A stretch of 36,560 nucleotides of DNA, taken from a virus. Lineage: Duplodnaviria > Caudoviricetes. Of this stretch, positions 6,370-16,654 are shown in pieces. Location: positions 1 to 36,560 of the IMG/VR virus record IMGVR_UViG_3300020426_000015; one strand, written 5' to 3'. The notes beneath the pieces are model-generated. The model did no database searches. It worked only from the letters and a program-made list of their open reading frames with translations, and had not been told where the DNA came from. Position 1 is the first letter of the stretch. Each line of letters begins with the position of its first letter. The position numbers and the translations under genes are program-made.

Positions 6370-7280
6370 TATGTACCTCCATAAATTGTGCCATTGTTAG
6401 TAAGAGTATATGTTACGCCACTATCATCTATTGCTTTGCCCCCATCAGTGGGGGTAGTGTCACCATGAGTAGGAACTATACCCCCAGAAGCACCATAACC
6501 ACCACCACCAGCACCAGCAGGCAAGTGACTACCACCACCCCCAGAGGGATTTGCTCCAGCATTATTATTGATTCCTCCTGTTCCACCTTGACCAGCATAT
6601 GAGCCAGTAATGGTTGGATTATTGGTTTGACTACCTGTAATCTTTCTCCCACCGCCACCTCCACCACGACCGCTACCACCAGAGAAAATAGCTCCAGATG
6701 AAGCACCATTTCCACCATGATCACCTCCAAGACCTCCACTTGTCGCACCTTGATCCCCTGCATTACCAATATCACCTCCAGAACCACCACTTGAAGAAAA
6801 AAGATATCCATCGCCACCTTCTCCTCCACCAGCACCGCCGCCTCCACCACCGGCTTGAGGGATTAATGAAGAGGTATATTTACCAGCATTTCCACCACCA
6901 CCACCGCCAAAAATATTACCACCCGATTCATTAGTTATAACAACACCAGAAACACCACTGTTTATTTTTATTGCAGGGCCACCGTTATAACCAGCACGTA
7001 TACTATTATTAGTACTACCTTCACCACCATTACCGCCACGACCCATAATATTACCTTGATTAATAATAGTGCAACTAATATCTACAGTTAAAGCTGGAAT
7101 ATTAGTATCATCTGACCATACATAAAGACCTGAAGGAATTATTAATGTTTCTCCAGCAGAAATAAAGTTTGATATTGTTATTTCTTGTTGTTGTGCATTT
7201 CCATTTACGTTTCCAGCATTAGGTAAGATAACTGCCCCGCCTGAAGAAGAAGTTGCTAATAACATTTGTTGAATAGTCAT
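6369..7280 (-). CDS. Glycine-rich receptor-binding adhesin (T-even gp38-like)
   Basis: GRGGNGG, GGPAIK, IFGGGGGG, repeated polyglycine runs, GGKAI...NNGTIYG; directly after the tail fibre. Confidence 0.8.
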   Translation of the reverse strand: MTIQQMLLATSSSGGAVILPNAGNVNGNAQQQEITISNFISAGETLIIPSGLYVWSDDTNIPALTVDISCTIINQGNIMGRGGNGGEGSTNNSIRAGYNGGPAIKINSGVSGVVITNESGGNIFGGGGGGNAGKYTSSLIPQAGGGGGGAGGGEGGDGYLFSSSGGSGGDIGNAGDQGATSGGLGGDHGGNGASSGAIFSGGSGRGGGGGGRKITGSQTNNPTITGSYAGQGGTGGINNNAGANPSGGGGSHLPAGAGGGGYGASGGIVPTHGDTTPTDGGKAIDDSGVTYTLTNNGTIYGGT

Positions 7281-9217
7281 TATTCTAATCCTGCTCCAGC
7301 ACCATAAACAACTGTAGCTGAAACAAACAAAAAGGTTGCAACTCCTCTAGCTTTTAAAGTTAACGAACTTTTAGCACTTGTATCACTTGCAAGATATGTT
7401 GTTACTGCACTGCAAGTAATTGTTTGGTCAGATGCACTGTCATTAATAATTGTTATAGCATCACCAGCAGCAAATTCACTGGCTGGAATTGTTACACCAC
7501 CAGTTGTGATACTTATATGTTTTCCTGCATCAGCAGCGACAAGTGAATAGGCTGAAGTTTGAGAGTTTTGAACAATACTTCTTAAATTACCTTTTGAATC
7601 TTGTACTAAAGTTGATTCTAAAACTCCAGTACTAGAGTCAAAAGTTAAATTTGAACCAGACTTAGGTGCTAGATTACCTGTTGCCTCTGTAGAAAATAAA
7701 GGAAAACAAGTTGTATCACTTGATTCATCCGCAACTGTCACAGTAGTTGCTATTGCTGCTGTACCAGTAGTATCTTGGTTTAATGTGTTAACTGAAAATT
7801 CATTCGTACCAGAAAGACTTAAGCCAGCACCAGCAGTATATGTTGTATTGGTATCAGTTGTTTGATCTACCCAATCAAGACCACCTGAGCCATCAGTTTT
7901 CAAAACTTGATTAGCATTTCCATCTGTATTAGGCAAAGTAAGGGTGTAACTTGCACCAGCAGAGTGCGGTGGTGAAGCAATTTGTACTCCGTGATTATTA
8001 TTTGAGCAATTAAGCTTTATTGTCCCAACAGTTCCATTAGTTGTACCATCACCTTTAATTTCAACAACACCAGCACCATTAGGATTTAAAATTATATTTC
8101 CGTCAGTTGTGCTTGTATTAATTTCATTGCTTTGTACATCTAAGTTACCACCTAGTTGTGGTGTACTATCTTGATCTAAGTCTGTATTTACATCAACAAA
8201 CTCTAGACCATCTGCTGTTGAATTAACTTTAACTGTTTTACCTGCTGCTCCTGTGTAGTTTGTTGGAGAATCAGTAAGCCCTGTAAAGGTACTAGAACCT
8301 CCACCTCCACCTGTATCATCAGCAATAACAAATTTTGCACTTGATGCTTGATATTTAAGAATTTTATTATCAGCTACACCTGTTAGATCGACATCATTTA
8401 ATACTCCTACTGAATTAGATGAGGTTACATCTGCTCCTGTGGCTATACCAGAAAGTTTTGTTTTTTCTGCATCGGTGAAGGCGTTAGTATTTGCTTCTCC
8501 TTCATACGCTGTTTTTATTTCTGCTCCAGTTTGATCAGCAGTAGCATTGCTTTCTATTCCGTCTAATTTTGTTTTATCTGCTGCAGATTGATAGCCAGCA
8601 GCAGAAGTTGTAGCATTAGCAATATTTAATTTAGATTGTGATATTGCTGCACTTGCATTTATATCAGCATTAACAATAGTTCCATCAGTAATCATTGTTG
8701 AACTTACAGTACCTGTATCTCCTGATGTAATAACTGTTCCAGTTGTATTAGGAAGAGTAATAGTATTATCTTGAGTAGGATCTGTTACTGCTAATGAAGT
8801 TTGATTATTATCTTCAGTAGTTCCTTCAAAAGATAAATTACCTTTTATAGTTTTAGTACCATCTCTTTTAACATAATCATCAACTAGTTCTTGTATTGCA
8901 TGTAAGACCTGATCATTATTTTGATTTAAATCTAATGCTTTTAAAACACTTGCATCACTAAAAGAAATCCTTGCAGTATTTACTTTAGTATTTCTTTGAA
9001 AGACAATATTAGCTCCATTTGCAGGTTCGTTACCAGAGGTAAATGAGATATTAAATTTACTATCAAAAGTGTAATGAGTTGTCTCAGTTTTCAATACACC
9101 ATCAACTAATACTTCAACATCAGTTCTATTTAAATAATCAAAACTAATAGTAAAAGGACCAGCAGTACCATTACCGACTACTGTATTAGAAGTAGAAGAC
9201 CCAGAATTAGAAGCCAT
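7280..9217 (-). CDS. Tail fibre protein (T7 gp17-like N-terminal anchor)
   Basis: GNGTAGPFTISFDYL...DVEVLVDG...FQRNT...FSDASVLKALDLNQNNDQVLHAIQE anchor domain; mosaic fibre modules (DKTKLDGIE, DSTPQLGGNLD). Confidence 0.92.
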   Translation of the reverse strand: MASNSGSSTSNTVVGNGTAGPFTISFDYLNRTDVEVLVDGVLKTETTHYTFDSKFNISFTSGNEPANGANIVFQRNTKVNTARISFSDASVLKALDLNQNNDQVLHAIQELVDDYVKRDGTKTIKGNLSFEGTTEDNNQTSLAVTDPTQDNTITLPNTTGTVITSGDTGTVSSTMITDGTIVNADINASAAISQSKLNIANATTSAAGYQSAADKTKLDGIESNATADQTGAEIKTAYEGEANTNAFTDAEKTKLSGIATGADVTSSNSVGVLNDVDLTGVADNKILKYQASSAKFVIADDTGGGGGSSTFTGLTDSPTNYTGAAGKTVKVNSTADGLEFVDVNTDLDQDSTPQLGGNLDVQSNEINTSTTDGNIILNPNGAGVVEIKGDGTTNGTVGTIKLNCSNNNHGVQIASPPHSAGASYTLTLPNTDGNANQVLKTDGSGGLDWVDQTTDTNTTYTAGAGLSLSGTNEFSVNTLNQDTTGTAAIATTVTVADESSDTTCFPLFSTEATGNLAPKSGSNLTFDSSTGVLESTLVQDSKGNLRSIVQNSQTSAYSLVAADAGKHISITTGGVTIPASEFAAGDAITIINDSASDQTITCSAVTTYLASDTSAKSSLTLKARGVATFLFVSATVVYGAGAGLE

Positions 9218-9219
9218 GA

Positions 9220-9327
9220 TTAATTATAAGATATGAATTGAATTAGTTTTATTATATCTTTATTAGTTTTGTTAACAAAAATATTACCAGTATGGTTTGT
9301 GAAAGATGCAGCAGTGTTAGTAGCCAT
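9220..9327 (-). pseudogene. Truncated duplicate tail-fibre start (35 codons)
   Basis: MATNTAASFTNHTGN parallels MASNSGSSTSNTVVGN of the intact gene, then degenerates into AT-rich sequence. Both starts share TAATCATGGCT(A/T)CTAA. Confidence 0.7.
9251..9278 (-). promoter_or_regulatory. Possible sigma70-type promoter for the tail-fibre cassette
   Basis: TTGTTA-N16-TATAAT, 33 nt upstream of the tail-fibre ATG. Confidence 0.5.
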
Positions 9328-9329
9328 GA

Positions 9330-12300
9330 TTAGTTAAAAGCTCCAGATTCAGTTTTTTCTTGGGCTTCCTTTCCTTTTTTATAATACTCTAAAATTCGTG
9401 TTTGTTTTTTTAGCCTTGCTTTGTTCTTCACTTCTGAACTGTCTGGTAAGTTTTCAATAAACTCATCAGTTGCTTCTCTTATATACAGTCTATTTAAAGA
9501 CATAATACCTTTAATCCCTCTGCTACTATCGCCAAACCAAATCATATCAACTGCCATAGGAACATCTAAAGGGCTGTCTGCTTCTTCTATAATTGCCATA
9601 TTTTCCTTGTAGTGTGGTGTTTTCATGTATTGTCTAAGGGCTTGATCTAATGTCAATCCATCAATCTGAAATTCATTAACTTGTTTTTGTAAATCATCAT
9701 AAAGTGGGCCTGTAAGTTCAATAGGATCTGATTGTAAATTTATATCTCTATCTCTATCAGAATGAGTGACCTTATCGCTTGGTGGAGGTAGAGTTCTTCC
9801 TAGTTTTTTCTGTAAAGTAAGAACGGGTTCGTTGACTGTTTCACTAGATTCAACCCAATTAAATAAATCAAATCCTCTTCTGTGAGGACGTTTTATAAAA
9901 TTATTAGTTATGTGTTCTCTTTGAGGAGGTAAATGATCACCGTAAAAAGGTATTACTCTTTCTGCTTCATTAAACATCCTTGCAAGCCCAAGAAATTCTT
10001 TATCACCTGGCCTTACTGTCTTATCTCTTTTAACGACATATTTTTCAATTTCAGAATCTGGCACTCCTTTCATCTGTAATAAATCTTTTGGTATTTGCTT
10101 GAGATTAGCTAAAAGGCCACTTCCTGGAATGTTGCTAGCTCCCTGACGAGCAAACCATTTTTCTGCTTTACCAGGATTTAACCAAAGATTTGCAGCATCT
10201 CCTAAACCTTGAGTAAAGGTTCTATCAGTAAAGTTGCGACCAAAAGCTACAAGAAAAGCTGACATCATATCGGTATATTCACCATCTGTTAAATATTCCT
10301 GTACTTGGTGCATATCAACTAACCAACCGACAAAGCTAGATAAAGGATCTAATCTTTTATATGAGTGGTAGACATATACATATTCACCATCTTCACCTAT
10401 TTTGGGTTCTCCATTTTCATCAAATTGTAAAAATCCTGCTGAATAAGGTCTCCAACCTGTAGTCCAATCCCTCCACCACTGTTCTCTTCCTTCTGCTGTA
10501 GTTGTATTTACCCCACCACCAGTTAATACAACTCTAGGTGGATTACCTCTTTTTGTTCTTTCTTTAACTACATCTTGAGTTTCAACTTTTACAAAATTTT
10601 GTCCATGAATAAGACTAATAAAACCACCTGTAGCAAGAATACTCATGGTTAATTGACCCATAGTTTCTGCTTGTACTAAAGGATCATCACTTTGCAGGTC
10701 ATTTCTAAATTCTCTCATCATCAGATTAATACCAGGGGTATCTCTAAATCCCTCTTTAATAATATTTACAGGAGACCGAGTAAACATTTGAAATCTTCTA
10801 ACAATAGGAATTTTTGCTAGTTCTTGAAAACCTTTACCTAAAGGTCCAACGACATCACCATCAGTTCTTATATCTTGTGTAAAGGTATTTCTTTTTCCTA
10901 GTTCTAAGGCTGACTTTAAGATTCTTGCTTCTACATCTTCAGTAATATTTTTACCTGTTTTTTTAATAATTGATTCCCAAACAATATTAGATTTTTCGAC
11001 TGTAAATTTTGATAACTCTTCGCCTGTCAAACCCAACTTCATTCCTTCTAAAAAGGCACTACTGACAGTACCTCCTCTAATGTTGCCTGCTTGAAATAGA
11101 GCATCTGTAGCAGTCATAGCCCGACCAGCACCTCTAGCAAAAGTACCAATTGGATTCCAAAGTTGCCCTAACCATTTGTGAGGGCCTGTTAAATCTGTTG
11201 TATCTACATAAGTTGCAAACTGCTCAGGATAATCAATTTTTCTTGAACCAGGATTTAATATATTTTCTTGTTTTTGCCATGATTCGCCCATCGCTTTTAA
11301 AGCATAATTTAAGTCACTGTGCATATAGATAAAGTGTAATAACGCAGCTTTATATCTTTCTGGTTGCATTACATTTCTTGGATCTAACGCAAGTTTTAAT
11401 GGTGTTTTGTAAGCCATTATTACGTTCGACAAAATGTTTATTTCGTGAATAGTAGGTGCATATAACACACCGTTAATAAGAATTTCATTAAGAGGTCTTA
11501 GGTAAGTATTAGGGCTAAGTAATCTATCTAATAATCCATACTCAAATAGTTTCTTTATCTTTTGTGGATTTCCTTTAGCACGATCAATCGTATATAAAAA
11601 CTTATTAAATTTAGTAAAATCACCAGTTTGTTTTGCTTCTGCAAGAGTGTCTCTAATGTTTTTTTGTAGATCTTTTATTTTTACGCTTTGATAGTTAGCT
11701 GCAATATCAGCATCACCTCTTGTTCTTTCTTGTAATTTCTTTCTTTCTGGTATAGATAATTTTAAATATTCTTCTTTTGATATAGAAAAGTTTTCTAAGT
11801 TATAAGCTAAAGAACCTAACCCTCTACCTGCTTCACTTCTTAAAGGAATACCAAGTCTTAACCATTCATCGTAATCATCAAAATGTTTTATTAACAGTTC
11901 TGCTCCTTCTTCTATCTGCTGCATACTATCTAGAGGAACATCAAGATTTGTAAGATCTAATAGAGATTTAGTTTGATTAGATATAGATCCACTTGTTAGT
12001 TTTACATAACCACTAAGAGCTACATTAAGACTATCTGAAGGAAGGATTTTATATATTTGCTGCATTAGCTTTGCCAACTCTTTCAACTCGTCAGAGTTAG
12101 CCATAAGGTCAACAGCTTCATCAGTTGTATCACTCATTGTTTTAACTCTATAGAAGCCACTAGCATCCTCTTCAAGCTTCATACCTCTAAGAACTTTCTC
12201 TAAAAAACGTGCTTGTCTAGGGGTGCTTGCTAGTTGATTAAGATTAACTTGACCAGGAAGTATGTTTTCATCACCTAAATCTTGTGTTTTTTTCTTTGCC

Positions 12301-14093
12301 ATTCCAGTTATACCCTCTACATTTTCAAGGTCTAACGGTACATTTCTGTATTTTTTAATATTTTTTCTTTTTATGTAATCATTAAATATTTTTCTTGTTT
12401 GGCTGCCACCTAATCTAGCTTTAAGACTGACAAATAAATCTTCAATAAATAAAGCAATTTCTTGTGTAATTCTTTTAAAAGTTCCCTGTGGTGCAAAGTC
12501 TAAAGGACTCCCTGCAATACGATTTTCTCCTCTATAAAAATCAAGAAATTCGTCAGCTATATTCTCTGCAAAATATTCATCTATATTTGTAAATCTATAA
12601 TTTTCATTTTTAAATTTTGTTTTATCAAAGTATTTATTTGCTCTTGTTAAAAAGTTTTTATCAGTGACATTTGGTCTTCCTTTTTTAGTACCGTATCCAA
12701 AAAATGGACTGTCTTGATAAATAAGATCTGCTAATTTTTCTTTAGATGTAGTTCGTATAAAGTTCTTTCTTTCTTTTTCAAACTGTTTTAGGTATTTGCT
12801 TTGAGCAGATTTAAATTCTTTTGTATATCTTGCTAAATCTTCTTTGGGTAAGAATCTTGAGAGACCATGAGATAGTTCATGGATCATAACGTGATCAAAA
12901 GTACCACCTGCTCCTTGTTCAAAACCCTCTACAATTTGTCTTCTAATCTTAATAAGGTTATTAGCAAAGTTATACTGTCCTCCTTGAGAAAGTTTTGTTG
13001 TTATAGATAAAGATTCTTGATCAAACATTCTTTCGCCAATAGTGTCGATAAATGTCTCTATTGCTTCTACTTCATTAGGGTCAGCATTTTTTAAATTTAC
13101 TTCCAACCTGAGTCTTTTCTTTAAATTATCAGCACCTCTGCTCAAACCACGTTTTGCTTCAAGGTTAGTTTTAAATGGTTTTACTGGTGGTCTATTTACT
13201 GGTTTAAAGAAATCATCAAACTGTTCATCTGTTTGTATATCAAAAAAACCTTCTGGATCAATTTCTTCTCCATCAATATTTCTTGGTGGTAAGGTATCTC
13301 TATTATCTTTAAGTTGTTTTTTAAAGGCATCAACTGCCTGTGTTTTTGTAGCATCAATATCATCAATCGTATCTCCTTGAATATCATCAATACCAAAACG
13401 ATCTGCTTTGGCTTTCATCATGTCTATTTCTGATGAGATTTCTTCTATCTGTTTTCTTTCTTGTGGTGTAACTATTTTGTTTATTTCATCAGGTGTTTTA
13501 CCAACAAATCTATTAACATTTAATTTGCTAAATAAATCTTGTATCTTGTCAGTTGAAGCTTTAAATCCAATACCTAGACCAGTACCAAGTAAAATGCCAT
13601 TTCGCCCCTCTTCATAAGTTGGTAATCTTTGTTCATTTATACCTTTTTGAATTATTTGATCACCTAACCCCACGACTCCACCATAACCTGCTGATTTTGC
13701 TATTCCAGCAGCACCTTTAGCTTCTACCCCGAAAGGAGGTATTTGTAATACACCTGATGAAATAACCTCTCCAATATTTATATTTTTTTCACCTCTGGCT
13801 TTTTGTGCTGCAATATTTAAACTTGCACCTACTCCAAATTGAATACCACCATAGGCTAACCAACCAAAAGGACCAGCACCTAATAATGGAGCAGTAGCTA
13901 CATCTGAAACTAAACCTCCACCTATCTCTATGCCAAGACCAGCAGCTTGTTTTCCTAAACTTACATCTGATTGTTGATACTGTTTCGTAAGATCATCAGT
14001 AGTTTTAGACCCAATACCGAAAGCACCTTCTGGTACAGTGTTTTCTTTGTTTTCTTTGTTTTCTTCTTGAGAAATTAAATTGGAATCAGTCAT
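9330..14093 (-). CDS. Large internal virion (ejection) protein, gp16 position, with zincin-like domain
   Basis: 1587 aa; position; Gly/Ala-rich hydrophobic N-terminus; HELSH (HExxH) and downstream DEYFAE. Confidence 0.85.
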   Translation of the reverse strand: MTDSNLISQEENKENKENTVPEGAFGIGSKTTDDLTKQYQQSDVSLGKQAAGLGIEIGGGLVSDVATAPLLGAGPFGWLAYGGIQFGVGASLNIAAQKARGEKNINIGEVISSGVLQIPPFGVEAKGAAGIAKSAGYGGVVGLGDQIIQKGINEQRLPTYEEGRNGILLGTGLGIGFKASTDKIQDLFSKLNVNRFVGKTPDEINKIVTPQERKQIEEISSEIDMMKAKADRFGIDDIQGDTIDDIDATKTQAVDAFKKQLKDNRDTLPPRNIDGEEIDPEGFFDIQTDEQFDDFFKPVNRPPVKPFKTNLEAKRGLSRGADNLKKRLRLEVNLKNADPNEVEAIETFIDTIGERMFDQESLSITTKLSQGGQYNFANNLIKIRRQIVEGFEQGAGGTFDHVMIHELSHGLSRFLPKEDLARYTKEFKSAQSKYLKQFEKERKNFIRTTSKEKLADLIYQDSPFFGYGTKKGRPNVTDKNFLTRANKYFDKTKFKNENYRFTNIDEYFAENIADEFLDFYRGENRIAGSPLDFAPQGTFKRITQEIALFIEDLFVSLKARLGGSQTRKIFNDYIKRKNIKKYRNVPLDLENVEGITGMAKKKTQDLGDENILPGQVNLNQLASTPRQARFLEKVLRGMKLEEDASGFYRVKTMSDTTDEAVDLMANSDELKELAKLMQQIYKILPSDSLNVALSGYVKLTSGSISNQTKSLLDLTNLDVPLDSMQQIEEGAELLIKHFDDYDEWLRLGIPLRSEAGRGLGSLAYNLENFSISKEEYLKLSIPERKKLQERTRGDADIAANYQSVKIKDLQKNIRDTLAEAKQTGDFTKFNKFLYTIDRAKGNPQKIKKLFEYGLLDRLLSPNTYLRPLNEILINGVLYAPTIHEINILSNVIMAYKTPLKLALDPRNVMQPERYKAALLHFIYMHSDLNYALKAMGESWQKQENILNPGSRKIDYPEQFATYVDTTDLTGPHKWLGQLWNPIGTFARGAGRAMTATDALFQAGNIRGGTVSSAFLEGMKLGLTGEELSKFTVEKSNIVWESIIKKTGKNITEDVEARILKSALELGKRNTFTQDIRTDGDVVGPLGKGFQELAKIPIVRRFQMFTRSPVNIIKEGFRDTPGINLMMREFRNDLQSDDPLVQAETMGQLTMSILATGGFISLIHGQNFVKVETQDVVKERTKRGNPPRVVLTGGGVNTTTAEGREQWWRDWTTGWRPYSAGFLQFDENGEPKIGEDGEYVYVYHSYKRLDPLSSFVGWLVDMHQVQEYLTDGEYTDMMSAFLVAFGRNFTDRTFTQGLGDAANLWLNPGKAEKWFARQGASNIPGSGLLANLKQIPKDLLQMKGVPDSEIEKYVVKRDKTVRPGDKEFLGLARMFNEAERVIPFYGDHLPPQREHITNNFIKRPHRRGFDLFNWVESSETVNEPVLTLQKKLGRTLPPPSDKVTHSDRDRDINLQSDPIELTGPLYDDLQKQVNEFQIDGLTLDQALRQYMKTPHYKENMAIIEEADSPLDVPMAVDMIWFGDSSRGIKGIMSLNRLYIREATDEFIENLPDSSEVKNKARLKKQTRILEYYKKGKEAQEKTESGAFN

Positions 14094-14095
14094 TG

Positions 14096-16654
14096 TTAAT
14101 TAGTTTTGGGTAAAAAATCTTTGTACGTTCCGTCCGTATAAGTAGACCAATCATCAAACCTTTCTTTTGGTTTTCTTCTACTGTAAAGTATAAAGGCAGC
14201 TTTGGCATTGGTTAGTGGGTCATATAGTTCTTGTGGGCTTTTAATATTAAATAGTGGGAAGCGTTCTGCTTGGAACTCCTTAATTACATTTATTTGCCAA
14301 AGACCTAAACTAAATTCATTTTCTTTATTTGGATCTGTACCAGAAGCAACAGTATCTATTTGAGCATCACCTTTAGATTCTGCTAAAGCTATAGCTGCCA
14401 TTATTCTTGCGTCTTCAGGGGGGAAACCTACTTCCATTGCAAGTCTGTAAAGAGAATCATAGCTAAAAGGTTTAGTAACATCTATCTCTTCAAGAACACT
14501 TCTATTCTTTAAATCTTCTTTTGGTACTACAGCATCACCAACTGTATTCACTAATCTGGTAATAGTTGGCATGATTAGTTCTTGACCTATATTAATTGCA
14601 TCACTAGCCAATCCATTAACTTCTTTGATTTTTTCTACGGTTGTATTGTAAAGCTGTGATAATCCAAATAACGTATCTCCTTTTCTTACTTGGACCTTAA
14701 TTGGTTCATCATCAGTATCTTCATTCATCATACCTCCACCAGGACCATCACCTCTTCTTCCTCCTCCAAAGAATTTTTTAAAGAAGTTTCCTCCTGTTAA
14801 TCCAAAATTACCTGATTCTACTTCTTTATCTAATTGAATTTTTCCCTCTGGTGTAATAGTAAATTTATTTGTATTTAGTAAATTTAATGCTTGTTCTGCT
14901 GTTAATTTTTTTTCTTCAGCAAACTGCAAGATCTGATCCATTGATGCACTATTAGAAACCCCTTGACTACCTTTATTTTGATTTTTGGTAGTGCTTTGAA
15001 TATCTTTTAATGCAGCATCTTCTAAATCTCTTAACTTTATGAAGTAATCTTCTTGAGATCTTTTTAGAAACTGACCAGGATTATCAGGGTCAATTGTACG
15101 ATACAAATAATCTATTAAATCTCTATTAATGCTTTTTGAATATTTCTGGTACTTATCAGCTTTGTCAGGTTCTTTTTCAAGATTAAAAGTAAAGTAACCA
15201 TCTAGTGTTTGTTGTCCGCCTGCTGCAACACCTAGTCTTTTTAATACTTCTCTAACATCTGTACGATAATTTTTATAAGGATCAAATCCAGAAGTTTTAT
15301 CAAAAATTAAACCTCTTAACATTTCTAAATTTTGTTCGTCTTCTTTCGTAATAGTTGTACCTAATGAATTTCTTATATTTATAAATTTAGTAGCAGCAGC
15401 ATCCATGGTAATTTGTCGATTTAGTATTTGATCCATTAAGTCGTTTACAACTTTGGTTCTATCTTCTTCATAAATTTCAATTTTCTGTAAAATATCTGGT
15501 TTTCTGTGAGGGTATTTTTTTATTAAAGCATTAAATTTCGGTATGTTTTCTATAGAGCTTAGTCCATATTCCAAGGCAAAATCTAAGATTTCTTTATCTT
15601 CCTTTGCTTTTTCTATATCCACTCCTCTTTTCTTATCTTGCTCATATCTTTGATATAAACTTTTTTTTAAATTAAACATATCTGTTCCATATTTTGTATT
15701 TTTGTCTAATGTCGATTGACTAAAAGTTCCATCTTTTTGCTGAAGCATTGGACCTATTTTTATTCCACCACCCATTTCTATTACTTCAAAAGCATCATCC
15801 AAAGCACTTTCATAATCATTAGGTACTGCTTCTAAAGCACTCTCATAAACACTCAGAGAAATACTTTTTAAAGAAGTAATAATACTGTCGTTAAATTTAG
15901 TTTTTTTATCAGCAGGGATTCCAAGAGTAACTTGGCTTTCTACTTGTTTTTGAATAATATTAAGTGCTTCTTCTTTACTTCCTTTTAACCATAATGGTAA
16001 AGCGTTCCATATTGCATCATTAGTTTGTGATTTAGCTCTATTAAACCTAAATTCATTATTTGCTTTTATATGTTCTTGGACTATGGCTTCGGTAGCTTTT
16101 TGCTGATATGGATAAAAGTAATTTGCTAAATGCTTGTTATTTAACCCTTGAGTTTTTAATTCTGTTAAAGATGATATTTCACCTAAGAACTCTTGCATTT
16201 GTGGAGAGTCTATTGAAAAATGCGATATTGGTTTTGTAATAGTTTTGCCTTCACGATTTGTAAATTCAAAAACTTTATTATTATAAATATTTTCATAATC
16301 TGAATTAAGGGTAAGACCAATATGTTCTGCTTGTCTTTTTTCAAATTCATCTTGAGTGAATATACTTCCACCAATTAATTGATTAGTAGCATCATCACCA
16401 AATTTATTTCGATGTTCTTTTGTTATCTGCTTAAAACCTTTCTTGGCAATTTCCATTGTTATATCAGCACGTTGGTCTTCAATATTTTCTTCTATTTTTT
16501 GTCCAATAAATCTCTGAAGATTAGGATTTACAGCAGCCAGTGTCTCAGCTAAGGACTCAATACCAGTTTTAGGTTGAACACTGGGAGGTCGTACAAAAGT
16601 ATCTACAGGTCTTGCAGAGGATTGAAAAGCTGTGCTTTGAACACTAGATGTCAT
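14096..16654 (-). CDS. Internal virion protein, gp15 position, with LysM and lytic transglycosylase-like domains
   Basis: N-terminal ARPVDTFV...LAETLAAVNPNL; LysM VRKGDTLFGLSQLYNTTVEKIKEVNGL...INIGQELIMP; lysozyme-like AIALAES...GLWQIN...LYDPLTNAKAA...WSTY. Confidence 0.9.
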   Translation of the reverse strand: MTSSVQSTAFQSSARPVDTFVRPPSVQPKTGIESLAETLAAVNPNLQRFIGQKIEENIEDQRADITMEIAKKGFKQITKEHRNKFGDDATNQLIGGSIFTQDEFEKRQAEHIGLTLNSDYENIYNNKVFEFTNREGKTITKPISHFSIDSPQMQEFLGEISSLTELKTQGLNNKHLANYFYPYQQKATEAIVQEHIKANNEFRFNRAKSQTNDAIWNALPLWLKGSKEEALNIIQKQVESQVTLGIPADKKTKFNDSIITSLKSISLSVYESALEAVPNDYESALDDAFEVIEMGGGIKIGPMLQQKDGTFSQSTLDKNTKYGTDMFNLKKSLYQRYEQDKKRGVDIEKAKEDKEILDFALEYGLSSIENIPKFNALIKKYPHRKPDILQKIEIYEEDRTKVVNDLMDQILNRQITMDAAATKFINIRNSLGTTITKEDEQNLEMLRGLIFDKTSGFDPYKNYRTDVREVLKRLGVAAGGQQTLDGYFTFNLEKEPDKADKYQKYSKSINRDLIDYLYRTIDPDNPGQFLKRSQEDYFIKLRDLEDAALKDIQSTTKNQNKGSQGVSNSASMDQILQFAEEKKLTAEQALNLLNTNKFTITPEGKIQLDKEVESGNFGLTGGNFFKKFFGGGRRGDGPGGGMMNEDTDDEPIKVQVRKGDTLFGLSQLYNTTVEKIKEVNGLASDAINIGQELIMPTITRLVNTVGDAVVPKEDLKNRSVLEEIDVTKPFSYDSLYRLAMEVGFPPEDARIMAAIALAESKGDAQIDTVASGTDPNKENEFSLGLWQINVIKEFQAERFPLFNIKSPQELYDPLTNAKAAFILYSRRKPKERFDDWSTYTDGTYKDFLPKTN

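Noticed and set aside
6363-6934. Alternative ORFs 6363-6602, 6476-6850 and 6698-6934 (His/Thr/Val-rich)
   Set aside because: Shadows of the GGT/GGA repeats of the glycine-rich adhesin.
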